A stretch of DNA of 64,000 bases from Deltaproteobacteria bacterium (GTDB lineage: Bacteria > Myxococcota_A > Polyangia > Polyangiales > Houyiibacteriaceae), in NCBI GenBank assembly GCA_017644045.1, contig JAEPMI010000011.1, positions 242,763 through 306,762 of the forward strand, written 5' to 3'. The number at the start of each line of letters is the position of its first letter. The stretch's first letter is position 1. This document shows positions 1 through 8,435 of this stretch, piece by piece. The position numbers and the translations under genes were made by a program. The notes below the pieces were generated by a model. It was given only the letters and a program-made list of their open reading frames with translations, had not been told where the DNA came from and made no database searches.

Positions 1-896
1 CGGCCCGACGCCTTGATGACCTCGGTGATCTCGAAGTCGGTCGTCTTCTGGATCACGACCAGATAGACCGCGAACTTCACGGCGACTTCGACGGCGCCGT
101 ACACGCCGCTCATGAAGGGATAGAAGACCGCGATGGCCGCGAGCGCGAGCGCGCCGCGGTAGAGGTCCTGGCCGAGGGGCTTGCCCTCCTTGCGGTTCTT
201 GAGGACGCCGACGACGTAACAGGACGCCGCGAAGATCACCGCCATCACGCCACCCGGGCCGAAGCCGGAGGCGAAGAGGGTCTCGACCTGGATGACCGCC
301 GTCTGGTTGACGATCGGGTAGAGGATCATCGGGATCGAGGGCGGGATGAGGATGCCCAGCGATCCGGCGCTGGTGAGCAGACCGTGGGTGAAGCGCTCGC
401 CGTAGCCGGCCTTCACCAGGGTGGGCGCCATCATCGCGCCGATCGCGACGACGGTGGCCGGGCTCGAGCCGCTGATCGCAGCGAAGAAGACGCAGGCGAA
501 GACCGCGCTCATCGCCAGGCCGCCGGGGATCCAGCCGATGCAGGCGCGGGCGAAGCCGATCAGCCGCTGACTGATTTCGCCGCGACCCATGACGGCGCCG
601 CTCATGATGAAGAGCGGAACGGCCAAGAGGGTGGGGTTGTCGCCGAGCCCGCGGCTGCGCTCGATGAGCGGGAACTCGTTGGGCTGGCTCGCGCCCATGT
701 AGACCACGAAGGCGGTCACGGTCAGCAGACCGATGATTCCGAAGAGCGGAACGCCGAGGACCGCGGAGCCGATGACGACGGCGGCGATGATGCCGCCCTT
801 GCCCATGAAGGGCAGGCCGATCGCCAGCAGCGCCAGGATGGCGAAGACGGGGATGTTGCCGCGAGGCTTGGCGGGCGCGGGAGGAGCGGCGCTCAT
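1..896 (-). CDS. TRAP transporter large permease (DctM family); 5' part only, gene runs off the left edge
   Basis: Not in the ORF track because it is open-ended. My reverse-strand translation from ATG 896-894 reads MSAAPPAPAKPRGNIPVFAILALLAIGLPFMGKGG..., and later ...SSPATVVAIGAMMAPTLVKAGYGERFTHGLLTSAGSLGILIPPSIPMILYPIV, the conserved DctM core. ATGA start/stop overlap with the upstream gene. Confidence 0.85.
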   Translation of the reverse strand, partial: MSAAPPAPAKPRGNIPVFAILALLAIGLPFMGKGGIIAAVVIGSAVLGVPLFGIIGLLTVTAFVVYMGASQPNEFPLIERSRGLGDNPTLLAVPLFIMSGAVMGRGEISQRLIGFARACIGWIPGGLAMSAVFACVFFAAISGSSPATVVAIGAMMAPTLVKAGYGERFTHGLLTSAGSLGILIPPSIPMILYPIVNQTAVIQVETLFASGFGPGGVMAVIFAASCYVVGVLKNRKEGKPLGQDLYRGALALAAIAVFYPFMSGVYGAVEVAVKFAVYLVVIQKTTDFEITEVIKASG

Positions 897-2152
897 CGGT
901 CGTCCTCCTCGTCTTCGTCGTCATCCGACTCCGACTCCGACTCCGACTCCGACTCCGACTCCGACTCCGACTCCGAGTCTGACTTCGACTCCGACTCCGA
1001 CTCCGACTTCAGGCTTTCGAGCCCGTCCATTGGCGGATGCCGGTCGTCGCCCTGGATCACCGGGTTGTACGGGCCCTGTCGGGCGGCCTTGGCGGCTGCG
1101 AGGTCCTCGTCCTCGGCCGTGCCGTAGGAGCCGCCCATCCAGGTGCTGATCGCCGCGGCGACGAATCGGATGACCGTGAGACCGAAGGCGAGGGGGATGG
1201 CGATGGTCGAGAACCAGTCGGGCACGCCCGTCTGCTCGTACACGCCGCCGTACTCCATCGTGGTCTTGGAGTACTCGTAGCCGAGCCAGGCCATGATCCC
1301 GCAGAAGAACGCCGCCAACAGGAACCCGAGGGCGCTGATGTGCTTCTCGATCTTCTCGGGGACGACCTTGCTCGCGGCCTCCATCCGGATGTGCTTGCCC
1401 TCGTGGGCGCAGATCGAGGCGCCGAGGAAGCCGACCCAGAGGAGCATGATCAGCGAGAGCTCCTTGGACCAGGAGTACTCGTCCGGGAAATAGCTGAGCG
1501 CGAAGGCCGCCAAGAGCCCGCCGGCGACCACCAGCCCGACGATGCGCGTGACCCAGCCGTCTTCCTTCTTGCGGAAGAGCTGCACGCTCCAGGGCACGGC
1601 GACCAGGCCGTAGAGGAGCAGGTAGAAGTACTTGCTCGGGAAGACCCGCATCCGGCGCTCGAAGCCGAACTCGTCGAGGCCCGGCGCCTTCCACTTCATC
1701 AGGAAGCCGAGCCCGGTGATGAGCCCCGCGACCCCCAGGGTGATGAGCACGCTCTTCCCGTCGATCTTCGACTTCTCGCCGCGCGGGCTTCGCGTGGCGG
1801 CGACCCCGAAGAAGAGGACCACCAGCCCCACCACCGAGCTCAGGATCGGTGCGACCGTGTGCTCGAGCATGTGGACGGTGCCCTCGTCGGTGACGCCGAA
1901 GAGGCGCGCGAGGAGCAGGCCCACCCGGCTGTCGGGGGCGGTCAGCCGCCGGTCGACGAAGTCGAGGAAGACCATGACCGTGATCGCCGAAAGGAAGGTC
2001 GCGACGATGGTCTGTTCGACGGCGAAGATCGCGTCGTCGATCTTCCGCAGAAGCCCGAACGGTCCCTCCTTGGGGTCCCCCGAATCGGTCTTCGCCGAAG
2101 CTTCTTCCGACCCGTCCCCGTTCGCGGACTCGGCAGTGGCGGCGGTAGCCAT
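893..2152 (-). CDS. TRAP small-permease-like (DctQ-type) membrane protein, oversized (419 aa), with an acidic Ser/Glu/Asp repeat tail
   Basis: ORF 893..2152. Multiple hydrophobic spans and translational coupling to the DctM gene. The C-terminus SESESESKSDSESESESESESESESESDDDEDEEDDR is encoded by CCGACT repeats. Confidence 0.7.
   Translation of the reverse strand: MATAATAESANGDGSEEASAKTDSGDPKEGPFGLLRKIDDAIFAVEQTIVATFLSAITVMVFLDFVDRRLTAPDSRVGLLLARLFGVTDEGTVHMLEHTVAPILSSVVGLVVLFFGVAATRSPRGEKSKIDGKSVLITLGVAGLITGLGFLMKWKAPGLDEFGFERRMRVFPSKYFYLLLYGLVAVPWSVQLFRKKEDGWVTRIVGLVVAGGLLAAFALSYFPDEYSWSKELSLIMLLWVGFLGASICAHEGKHIRMEAASKVVPEKIEKHISALGFLLAAFFCGIMAWLGYEYSKTTMEYGGVYEQTGVPDWFSTIAIPLAFGLTVIRFVAAAISTWMGGSYGTAEDEDLAAAKAARQGPYNPVIQGDDRHPPMDGLESLKSESESESKSDSESESESESESESESESDDDEDEEDDR
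925..1008. repeat. CCGACT hexamer array (about 12 units, slightly degenerate) inside the 3' end of the DctQ-like CDS
   Basis: The + strand reads ccgactccgactccgactcc... Same core as the four intergenic arrays. Confidence 0.9.
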
Positions 2153-2253
2153 GGTCGGCTCACCCTACGCAACTCGCGACGCTCGCATCAAGCGCAAAGG
2201 GCGGGCCTTTCCTTCCATCCCCCGCGCGGAGAGCGCGGTACCATCCCGCCGCC

Positions 2254-3321
2254 ATGGTGGTGAAGGACGGAAGCCGGGTTCTGGTGACGCTCGGCGGAGC
2301 CGTGCTCGTCGCGGCCGGTCTGTACTTCGCTCGGCCGGTGGTCGGCCCCGTGCTCCTCGCCAGCCTCGTCGCGGCCATCACTGCCCCGCTGGTACGATGG
2401 CTGACCGAGCACCGCATCCCGAGCTTCGTGGCGGTCCTGACCGGGCTCTTCGTCGACGGTCTGGTCCTCGCGGCCATCGGAGCCGTCATCGCCAGCGCCG
2501 TGGCGGACATCAGCGCCTCCCAGGAGCGCTACACGATGCACCTCGCCGACGCCTTCGAGGCCGTCGAGCAGTGGACGGTCGCGCTCGGGCTCGACCTCGA
2601 GGCGGAGGTGATCGAGAGCGCGCTCCAGCCCGACGCTCTCATCGACACCTTCGGGGCCATCCTCCAGCGGCTGCTGGGGGTGTTCTCGCAGCTGGTGCTC
2701 CTGCTCCTCCTGGTGGGCTTCATGCTCTCGGAGCTCTCGGAGTGGTCGCGGAAGGTGCGAAGCCTGCTCCACGACCGCGGTGACCTCGAGGCCCTCCGCG
2801 AGGCCGGCGCGGAGGTGCGCGGGTTCCTCCGAGTGAAGTTCGCCACGAGCGCGATCACCGGCTTGTTCGCCACCGGCATCTGCTTCGGCTTCGGGATCGA
2901 TCTCCCGATCCTCTGGGGGCTGACGGCGTTCCTGCTGAACTTCATCCCCAACATCGGCAGCATCATCGCGGCGATCCCTCCCATCGCCATGGCGCTCCTC
3001 CTCCACGGGCCGGGCACCGCGGCCCTCGTGGGCGGCTCCTACCTGGTCGTGAACACGGTCATCGGCTCCATCATCGAGCCGAAGATCATGGGCGAGACGC
3101 TGGGCCTCTCCGCGCTCGTGGTCTTCGTCGGCCTGCTCTTCTGGGGCTGGCTGCTGGGACCGATCGGCGCGCTGCTCTCGCCGCCACTGATGCTCCTGCT
3201 CAAGACCTGGCTCGAGCACACCCAGGACCTGCATTGGGTGGCCGTGTTGCTCGGCTCCGACGTCGACGAGCCGGGTCAGCTACCGCCGGCCCCGGAGCCG
3301 GACTCGGCCGCTCCTCAGTAG
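2254..3321 (+). CDS. AI-2E family transporter (PerM/YhhT-like permease)
   Basis: 355-aa polytopic membrane protein. Its layout and the C-terminal ...GETLGLSALVVFVGLLFWGWLLGPIGALLSPPL... are typical of the family. Confidence 0.8.
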   Translation: MVVKDGSRVLVTLGGAVLVAAGLYFARPVVGPVLLASLVAAITAPLVRWLTEHRIPSFVAVLTGLFVDGLVLAAIGAVIASAVADISASQERYTMHLADAFEAVEQWTVALGLDLEAEVIESALQPDALIDTFGAILQRLLGVFSQLVLLLLLVGFMLSELSEWSRKVRSLLHDRGDLEALREAGAEVRGFLRVKFATSAITGLFATGICFGFGIDLPILWGLTAFLLNFIPNIGSIIAAIPPIAMALLLHGPGTAALVGGSYLVVNTVIGSIIEPKIMGETLGLSALVVFVGLLFWGWLLGPIGALLSPPLMLLLKTWLEHTQDLHWVAVLLGSDVDEPGQLPPAPEPDSAAPQ

Positions 3322-4235
3322 TGCCAGGGGAACTTGCGGAACTCGAACTCCCGCTTCTCCAGGAACGCATCGCGCCCCTCGACGGCCTCGTCGGTGCCGT
3401 AAGCCAGCCGCGTGGCTTCGCCGGCGAAGAGCTGCTGCCCGACCATGCCGTCGTCGACCATGTTGAAGGCCAGCTTGAGCATGCGGATCGCGGTGGGGCT
3501 CTTCGCGGTGATCCGCTTCGCCCAGTCGAGGGCGACCTCTTCGAGCCGCTCGTGCTCGACCACCCCGTTGACCATTCCCATCATCGCCGCCTCTTCGGCG
3601 GAGTAGTCCCGGCCGAGGAAGAAGATCTCGCGGGCGCGCTTCTGACCGACCATTCGGGCGAGGTAGGCGCTGCCGTAGCCACCGTCGAAGCTGGCGACGT
3701 CCGCGTCGGTCTGCTTGAAGACCCCGTGCTCGCGGCTGGCCAGCGTCAGGTCGCACACGACGTGGAGGCTGTGGCCTCCGCCGACGGCCCAACCGGGCAC
3801 CACGGCGATCACCACTTTGGGCATGAAGCGGATGAGCCGCTGGACCTCGAGGATGTGCAGGCGCCCCAGCTTGGCCGGGTCGACGCTCTCTTTCGTCTCG
3901 CCTTCCGCGTACTGATAGCCGTCCCGGCCCCGGATCCGCTGGTCGCCGCCGGCGCAGAACGCCCATCCCCCATCTTTGGGAGACGGGCCGTTTCCGGTCA
4001 GCAACACGCAGCCGACGTCGCTCGTCGTTCGCGCGTGCTCGAGCGTCCGGAAGAGCTCGTCCACCGTGTTCGGGCGGAACGCGTTGCGCACCTCCGGCCG
4101 GTCGAACGCGATCCGTACCGTTCCCTGGTTCTTGGCCCGGTGGTAGGTGATGTCCTGGAGGTCGTCGAAGCCCGGGACGACGTCCCAACGGCTCGGGTCG
4201 AAGATGGTGGAGACCATGACGGCGGAGCTTGGCAC
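3315..4235 (-). CDS. menB: 1,4-dihydroxy-2-naphthoyl-CoA synthase
   Basis: The 306-aa ORF aligns by eye along its full length to MenB: DITYHR...VRIAFDRPEVRNAFRP...FCAGGDQ...GGGHSLHVVCDLT...FKQTDADVASFDGGYGSAYLAR...FPWHY. The start is GTG 4235 or ATG 4217. Confidence 0.9.
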   Translation of the reverse strand: MPSSAVMVSTIFDPSRWDVVPGFDDLQDITYHRAKNQGTVRIAFDRPEVRNAFRPNTVDELFRTLEHARTTSDVGCVLLTGNGPSPKDGGWAFCAGGDQRIRGRDGYQYAEGETKESVDPAKLGRLHILEVQRLIRFMPKVVIAVVPGWAVGGGHSLHVVCDLTLASREHGVFKQTDADVASFDGGYGSAYLARMVGQKRAREIFFLGRDYSAEEAAMMGMVNGVVEHERLEEVALDWAKRITAKSPTAIRMLKLAFNMVDDGMVGQQLFAGEATRLAYGTDEAVEGRDAFLEKREFEFRKFPWHY

Positions 4236-4284
4236 TCTGAGAGCCGTCCGCCAGTGGCCGGTCTGCTATCGTTCCTGCAACCCC

Positions 4285-5523
4285 GTGTCGGAAGTGTCAG
4301 ACAGTCAGGAGTTTCCCCGAGAGGAGTTGCTCTCCCATTTCGGTGGATACGTCGCGCCGGGGCTCCGCATCGTCCGTTCGCTCGGTGCCGGTGGGCAGGG
4401 CCGGGTCGTGCTGGCGGAGGACGAGCGGCTGGCGCGCTCGGTCGCGGTGAAGTTCCTGGGCGACGAGGAGACGGTGAGCGATCCAGACATCGCCGCCCGG
4501 GTTCGAGTCGAGGCCCGCACGATGGCCAAGGTGCGTCATCCGGCCGTGGTCCAGGTCTTCGACGTCGGGGACGCCGACGGCCGGCCCTACCTCGTCATGG
4601 AGTACATCGAGGGCGAGACCATCGAGGCTCGGCTTCGCGCGCGTGGTCGGCCCTTCGATCTCGCGGAGGCACTCTCGCTGCTCGAGCAGATCGCGCTCGG
4701 CCTCCAGGCCGTGCACGAGGCCGGGCTCGCGCACGGCGACCTCCAGCCGGCCAACGTCCTGATCAGCGCCGACCATCGCGCGCGGGTCGTGGACTTCGGC
4801 CTCGCCTTCCTCTCCGGGGGCACCGCGCATTACATGGCGCCGGAGCTGCACAGCCCGACCATGCCCTCGCGCGACGTGCGTTCCCGGCAGCGGGCCGACC
4901 TCTACGCGCTCGGGGTGGTCGCCTACGAGCTCTTGGTCGGGGAGCGACCCTTCGACGCGCCCGACCGGGCTCGCGTCCTCGCGCAGCACCAGCACAAGGC
5001 GCCGCCCGCCCTGCTCGCGCGGCGCCCGGATCTGCCGGCATCGCTCGGGGCGATCGTCGCTTCCTGCCTCGCCAAGGAGCCGGCCGACCGACCGGCGAAC
5101 GCGGCGGCGGTCGCACAGGAGCTCGGGGACGCCTCCCGTCGTCAGAGCCGTCCGTCGTTCCGGCGGGTGTTGCTGGTCGATGACGACCCTGCCTTCCGGG
5201 CTCTGGTTCGAGCGCACGTCGAGAGTGCGTTCGAAGGCGTGCACGTGTCCGAGGCCGCCGGCGGCGCCGACGCCATCGCGGAGTGTGAGCGGGTGCGCTA
5301 CGACGTGGTGCTCCTCGACCTCCACATGCCCGACGTGAACGGCGTCGAGCTCGCGGGCGCGCTCTGCGCCGAGCCTCACGCGCCGCGGCTCCTGGTCCTC
5401 ACCGGTCAGGGCTCCGCCCGCGACTGGGCACTGCTACATGGGCTCGGCGTCTCCGCGTTCCTCGCCAAGCCGCTCGAGCCCGATGTGCTCCGAGCCGAGC
5501 TCCAGCGCGCGCTCTACGACTAG
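4285..5523 (+). CDS. Ser/Thr protein kinase fused to a C-terminal response-regulator receiver domain
   Basis: Kinase motifs LGAGGQGRV, AVK, HGDLQPANVL, DFGLA and APE. These are followed by a canonical receiver (VLLVDDDP...VVLLDLHMPDVNG...LTGQG...FLAKP). The ORF-track start 4147 overlaps divergent menB, so I chose in-frame GTG 4285. The start is uncertain. Confidence 0.75.
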   Translation: MSEVSDSQEFPREELLSHFGGYVAPGLRIVRSLGAGGQGRVVLAEDERLARSVAVKFLGDEETVSDPDIAARVRVEARTMAKVRHPAVVQVFDVGDADGRPYLVMEYIEGETIEARLRARGRPFDLAEALSLLEQIALGLQAVHEAGLAHGDLQPANVLISADHRARVVDFGLAFLSGGTAHYMAPELHSPTMPSRDVRSRQRADLYALGVVAYELLVGERPFDAPDRARVLAQHQHKAPPALLARRPDLPASLGAIVASCLAKEPADRPANAAAVAQELGDASRRQSRPSFRRVLLVDDDPAFRALVRAHVESAFEGVHVSEAAGGADAIAECERVRYDVVLLDLHMPDVNGVELAGALCAEPHAPRLLVLTGQGSARDWALLHGLGVSAFLAKPLEPDVLRAELQRALYD

Positions 5524-6297
5524 CGTCGGCCGAGCGTCACGGTGTCGCCGACCCTCAGGGTCCCGGTCGCCAGGTGCACGACGTTGACCCCGAAGAGCAC
5601 CTTCGAGCCGTCGCGGTGATAGGTCGCGAGCGTGGCGAGCGGCTCCTTGTGGCGGACCGCGTCGTCGTCGACGGTCACCATCGTGCAGCGCTCGCAGCGC
5701 TTCACGTTGCGCGCGGGGACGTCGCCGAGTCGGAGGTCGTCCCAGCCGTCTTCCGCGTAGGGCTCGGCGCCCTCGACGACGACGTTGGGTCGAAAGCGTC
5801 GCATCGGGACCGGTGCGTCGAGCCGGGCGTTCAAGTCGTCCAGGCTCGCCTGGCCCGCGAGCAGCATGGGATAGGCGTCCGCGAAGGCGACCTTCGCGTC
5901 GGGCGCGGAGCTGCCGGCGCTTCGTTCCGCCTCGGGACCGAAGCAGACCAACCGGACCGCGCGGCCGAGGTGCTCGCTCAAGAGGGCCGAGCCTTCGGCG
6001 TGCACGCGCGCCGTGACGGGATCGCCCCACACGCTCACCGCCGTCGTCTCGCCCGCGTCCTCCTCGTGGATGGTGACCTCGCCGCCGGCGGTCACCCGCC
6101 AGCCGCCATCGCGCGCGGCGAGCTCGACCAGGTTTCAGGCGGGTCTCCTCGCGCTGGGTCACGAAGACACCGCGCTCGTCGACCACCATCCAGCGGCGGT
6201 CACCGACCAGCCCACGCTCGTCCAGCGTCGCCTCCGCGACCGTGATCGAGCGACAGCTCTTGATCGGGTGCAGGTGGAGCGACGCGATCCGGATCAT
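5520..6297 (-). pseudogene. MOSC-domain protein (YcbX-like) split by a 1-nt frameshift near 6130-6137
   Basis: The N-terminal beta-barrel part (MIRIASLHLHPIKSCRSI...VFVTQREETRLK) is in the frame of ORF 5434..6297. The rest (LVELAARDGGWRVTAGGEV...RFRPNVVVEG...RCERCTMVTVD...) is in the frame of ORF 5520..6095. That second frame is closed upstream by TGA at 6135-6137. Confidence 0.6.
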
Positions 6298-6986
6298 CGG
6301 CCTTCCTGGCTCGCCGCCGCCGCCTCGCTCTCGAAGCGGGTGGACTCGATCAGCGTCCGGAGCGCCTCTTCCGCCACGCCCACCGGATCGCGCCAGACCT
6401 CCGACCGGGTGGGCTGCACGATCAGCAGCCCTTCCGCCTGGAGCTCACGGTCCCGCATCTGCCGGTCACGCGTCGCCTTCGGTCCGAGGTCGGCGCCGAT
6501 GGTGAGAATGGCCATCGAGCGCTCACGAACGATCTCCTCGAGCGCGTCACCCGCGTAGCTGCGGTGCTGGTAGCGCACGAGGAAGTCCAGGTGCGAGCGC
6601 GCGATCTCGGCGCCGCACCGGATGACGAGATCGGGCTCGATGGGCTCACGACCCGGGACGAACGCGAGGTCGCGCGGGTGCCACGCGCTGCCGTCGTGAG
6701 CCTCGACGCGGAGCGCACCGATCGGGGTCAGGCGGGCACCGGCGACCACGAGCGCCGGCAGCAGCGTGCGGGCGACCGGGTTCTCGATGAGTCGCATCGC
6801 GTGGTGCAGCTTGGCCGCCTCTGCGGAGGCCTGCTGCGTCACCAGATCCCACGCGGCGGACGCGGCGCGCGGGTCGACCGGCTCTTCGCCTTCGCGCGCC
6901 CACCGCCACTCTTCGAGCGCCGGGTTGGCGTGGCTCTCGAGCGACGCCTCGAAGCGCTCCGGCCAGCCCTGCGGCTTGCGCTTCAC
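6294..6986 (-). CDS. Hypothetical protein (230 aa)
   Basis: Only the 3' part of ORF 6294..7361 is used. GTG 6986 forms a GTGA overlap with the upstream stop, and the stop forms an ATGA overlap with the MOSC start. No motif I can name with confidence. Confidence 0.55.
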   Translation of the reverse strand: MKRKPQGWPERFEASLESHANPALEEWRWAREGEEPVDPRAASAAWDLVTQQASAEAAKLHHAMRLIENPVARTLLPALVVAGARLTPIGALRVEAHDGSAWHPRDLAFVPGREPIEPDLVIRCGAEIARSHLDFLVRYQHRSYAGDALEEIVRERSMAILTIGADLGPKATRDRQMRDRELQAEGLLIVQPTRSEVWRDPVGVAEEALRTLIESTRFESEAAAASQEGR

Positions 6987-8380
6987 GCGGTGTCTCCGGC
7001 CCGCTCCGCGACTCGACGCTTCAGCAGGCGCAGCGAGGGGTAGCCGAAGAGCAGGGTCTGCCACGCCCAGCGGCCGGCGCTCGCCATGCCCTCGCGCTTC
7101 GCGAGCTTGTAGGCGTACGTCGCCTCGCCGACGTGGGCCGCGATGGCCGCTGCGGCGATCCCCTGGAGCACTCGGCGCGGGAGCATGGGTCCCACGTTCC
7201 TCCGCCAGAACGCGTAGGCCTCCGGGACGAACGCGAGCGCGAAGAGCAGCCCGAGCCCTCCGAGCACGGCCACCTGCCAGCCCACCGCGGGGCGCTCCAC
7301 ATCTTCGCTCGCCATCATCCGTCGCTCCTCGGTCGCCAGGTAGGCGACCCACTCCTGGCATCGGCGGTGTCCTTCTTCCGGCGGGACCTCGGGGCGCCAG
7401 CCGAAGTCGCGCGCCGCGCCTTCGATCGAGAAGAAGTGATCGTGTCGGAGCTTGTCCAGCTCCATCGTCGTCAGCGCCGGGCGCGGCCCACCGACCGAGT
7501 GCAGGAGCTCGCCGATCCGGGTGATCGGGTCGACCACCGCCGAGGGGACCGAGCGGGTGGGGAAGGGCACCCCGAGCTGATCCATCGTGGGCTTGAAGAA
7601 GTAGAAGTAGTTCTGCGGCTGGCCGTCGTTGATGAAGTAGGCCCGGCCACGGTTGGCGGCGTCGGGGTCGCAGAGCGCTTCGGCCGCCATGCGGTGCGCC
7701 GAGACGAGGTCGTCGATGTAGACGTTGTCGGCGAGCGCTCGGCCGCCGTCGATGAGCGCGACGACCTGACCGCGGAGCGCGTTCTTCACGATGCGCGGGA
7801 AGTGCTGGCCCTCGCCGGGTCCGTAGATCCCACCGGGCCGGAGCGCGCAGGTCGCCAGCTCCTCACCGTCGGCCGCGAGCACGAGCCGCTCGGCTTCCGC
7901 CTTCGTCTGTGTGTAGAGGTCGATGCCCTCTTCGCTCGCGTAGGGGACCGACTCGTCGGCGCCGGCGTACGACCGGTCCACGACGACGTTCACCGAGCTG
8001 GTGTAGACGACGCGCTCGGTGCCGGCCTCGCGGGCCGCGCGCAGCACGTGCTCGGTGCCGCCGACGTTGACCGTCTCCACCTCGCGGCGCTGATCGTCGG
8101 ATGCGATGCGCAGCGGGACGATGCGCGCAGCCGTGTGGAAGACGGTGTCGATCCCTTCGCAGGCGGCGCGGACCGCGTCGTAGTCGCGGATGTCACCAAC
8201 GACCACCTCGACGCCGTCGATCGGCGCGTCCGGAGCCCGCACGTCGAAGACCCGAACCGGGAGCCCGCGCGCGGCGAGGTCCTTGGCGAGCTCGCGACCG
8301 AGATAACCGGCCCCGCCGGTGATCAGGCAGCGACCGAGGTTCGCGCCCAGCGGGCGCACGGCGGAAGCGGGAGCGTTCAC
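6983..8380 (-). CDS. NAD(P)-dependent 3-beta-hydroxysteroid dehydrogenase/epimerase-family protein fused to a C-terminal two-TM domain
   Basis: Rossmann motif ITGGAGYLG, catalytic YxxxK (YTQTKAEAE), and a 3-beta-HSD-like middle region. The last ~110 aa are hydrophobic (WQVAVLGGLGLLFALAF..., AAHVGEATYAYKLA..WAWQTLLFGYPSL). Confidence 0.75.
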   Translation of the reverse strand: MNAPASAVRPLGANLGRCLITGGAGYLGRELAKDLAARGLPVRVFDVRAPDAPIDGVEVVVGDIRDYDAVRAACEGIDTVFHTAARIVPLRIASDDQRREVETVNVGGTEHVLRAAREAGTERVVYTSSVNVVVDRSYAGADESVPYASEEGIDLYTQTKAEAERLVLAADGEELATCALRPGGIYGPGEGQHFPRIVKNALRGQVVALIDGGRALADNVYIDDLVSAHRMAAEALCDPDAANRGRAYFINDGQPQNYFYFFKPTMDQLGVPFPTRSVPSAVVDPITRIGELLHSVGGPRPALTTMELDKLRHDHFFSIEGAARDFGWRPEVPPEEGHRRCQEWVAYLATEERRMMASEDVERPAVGWQVAVLGGLGLLFALAFVPEAYAFWRRNVGPMLPRRVLQGIAAAAIAAHVGEATYAYKLAKREGMASAGRWAWQTLLFGYPSLRLLKRRVAERAGDTA

Positions 8381-8435
8381 GAGGCGGAGGGTAGCTCAAC
8401 CGCCGCCGAGTGCGATCGGTCCGTCGGAACGATCG

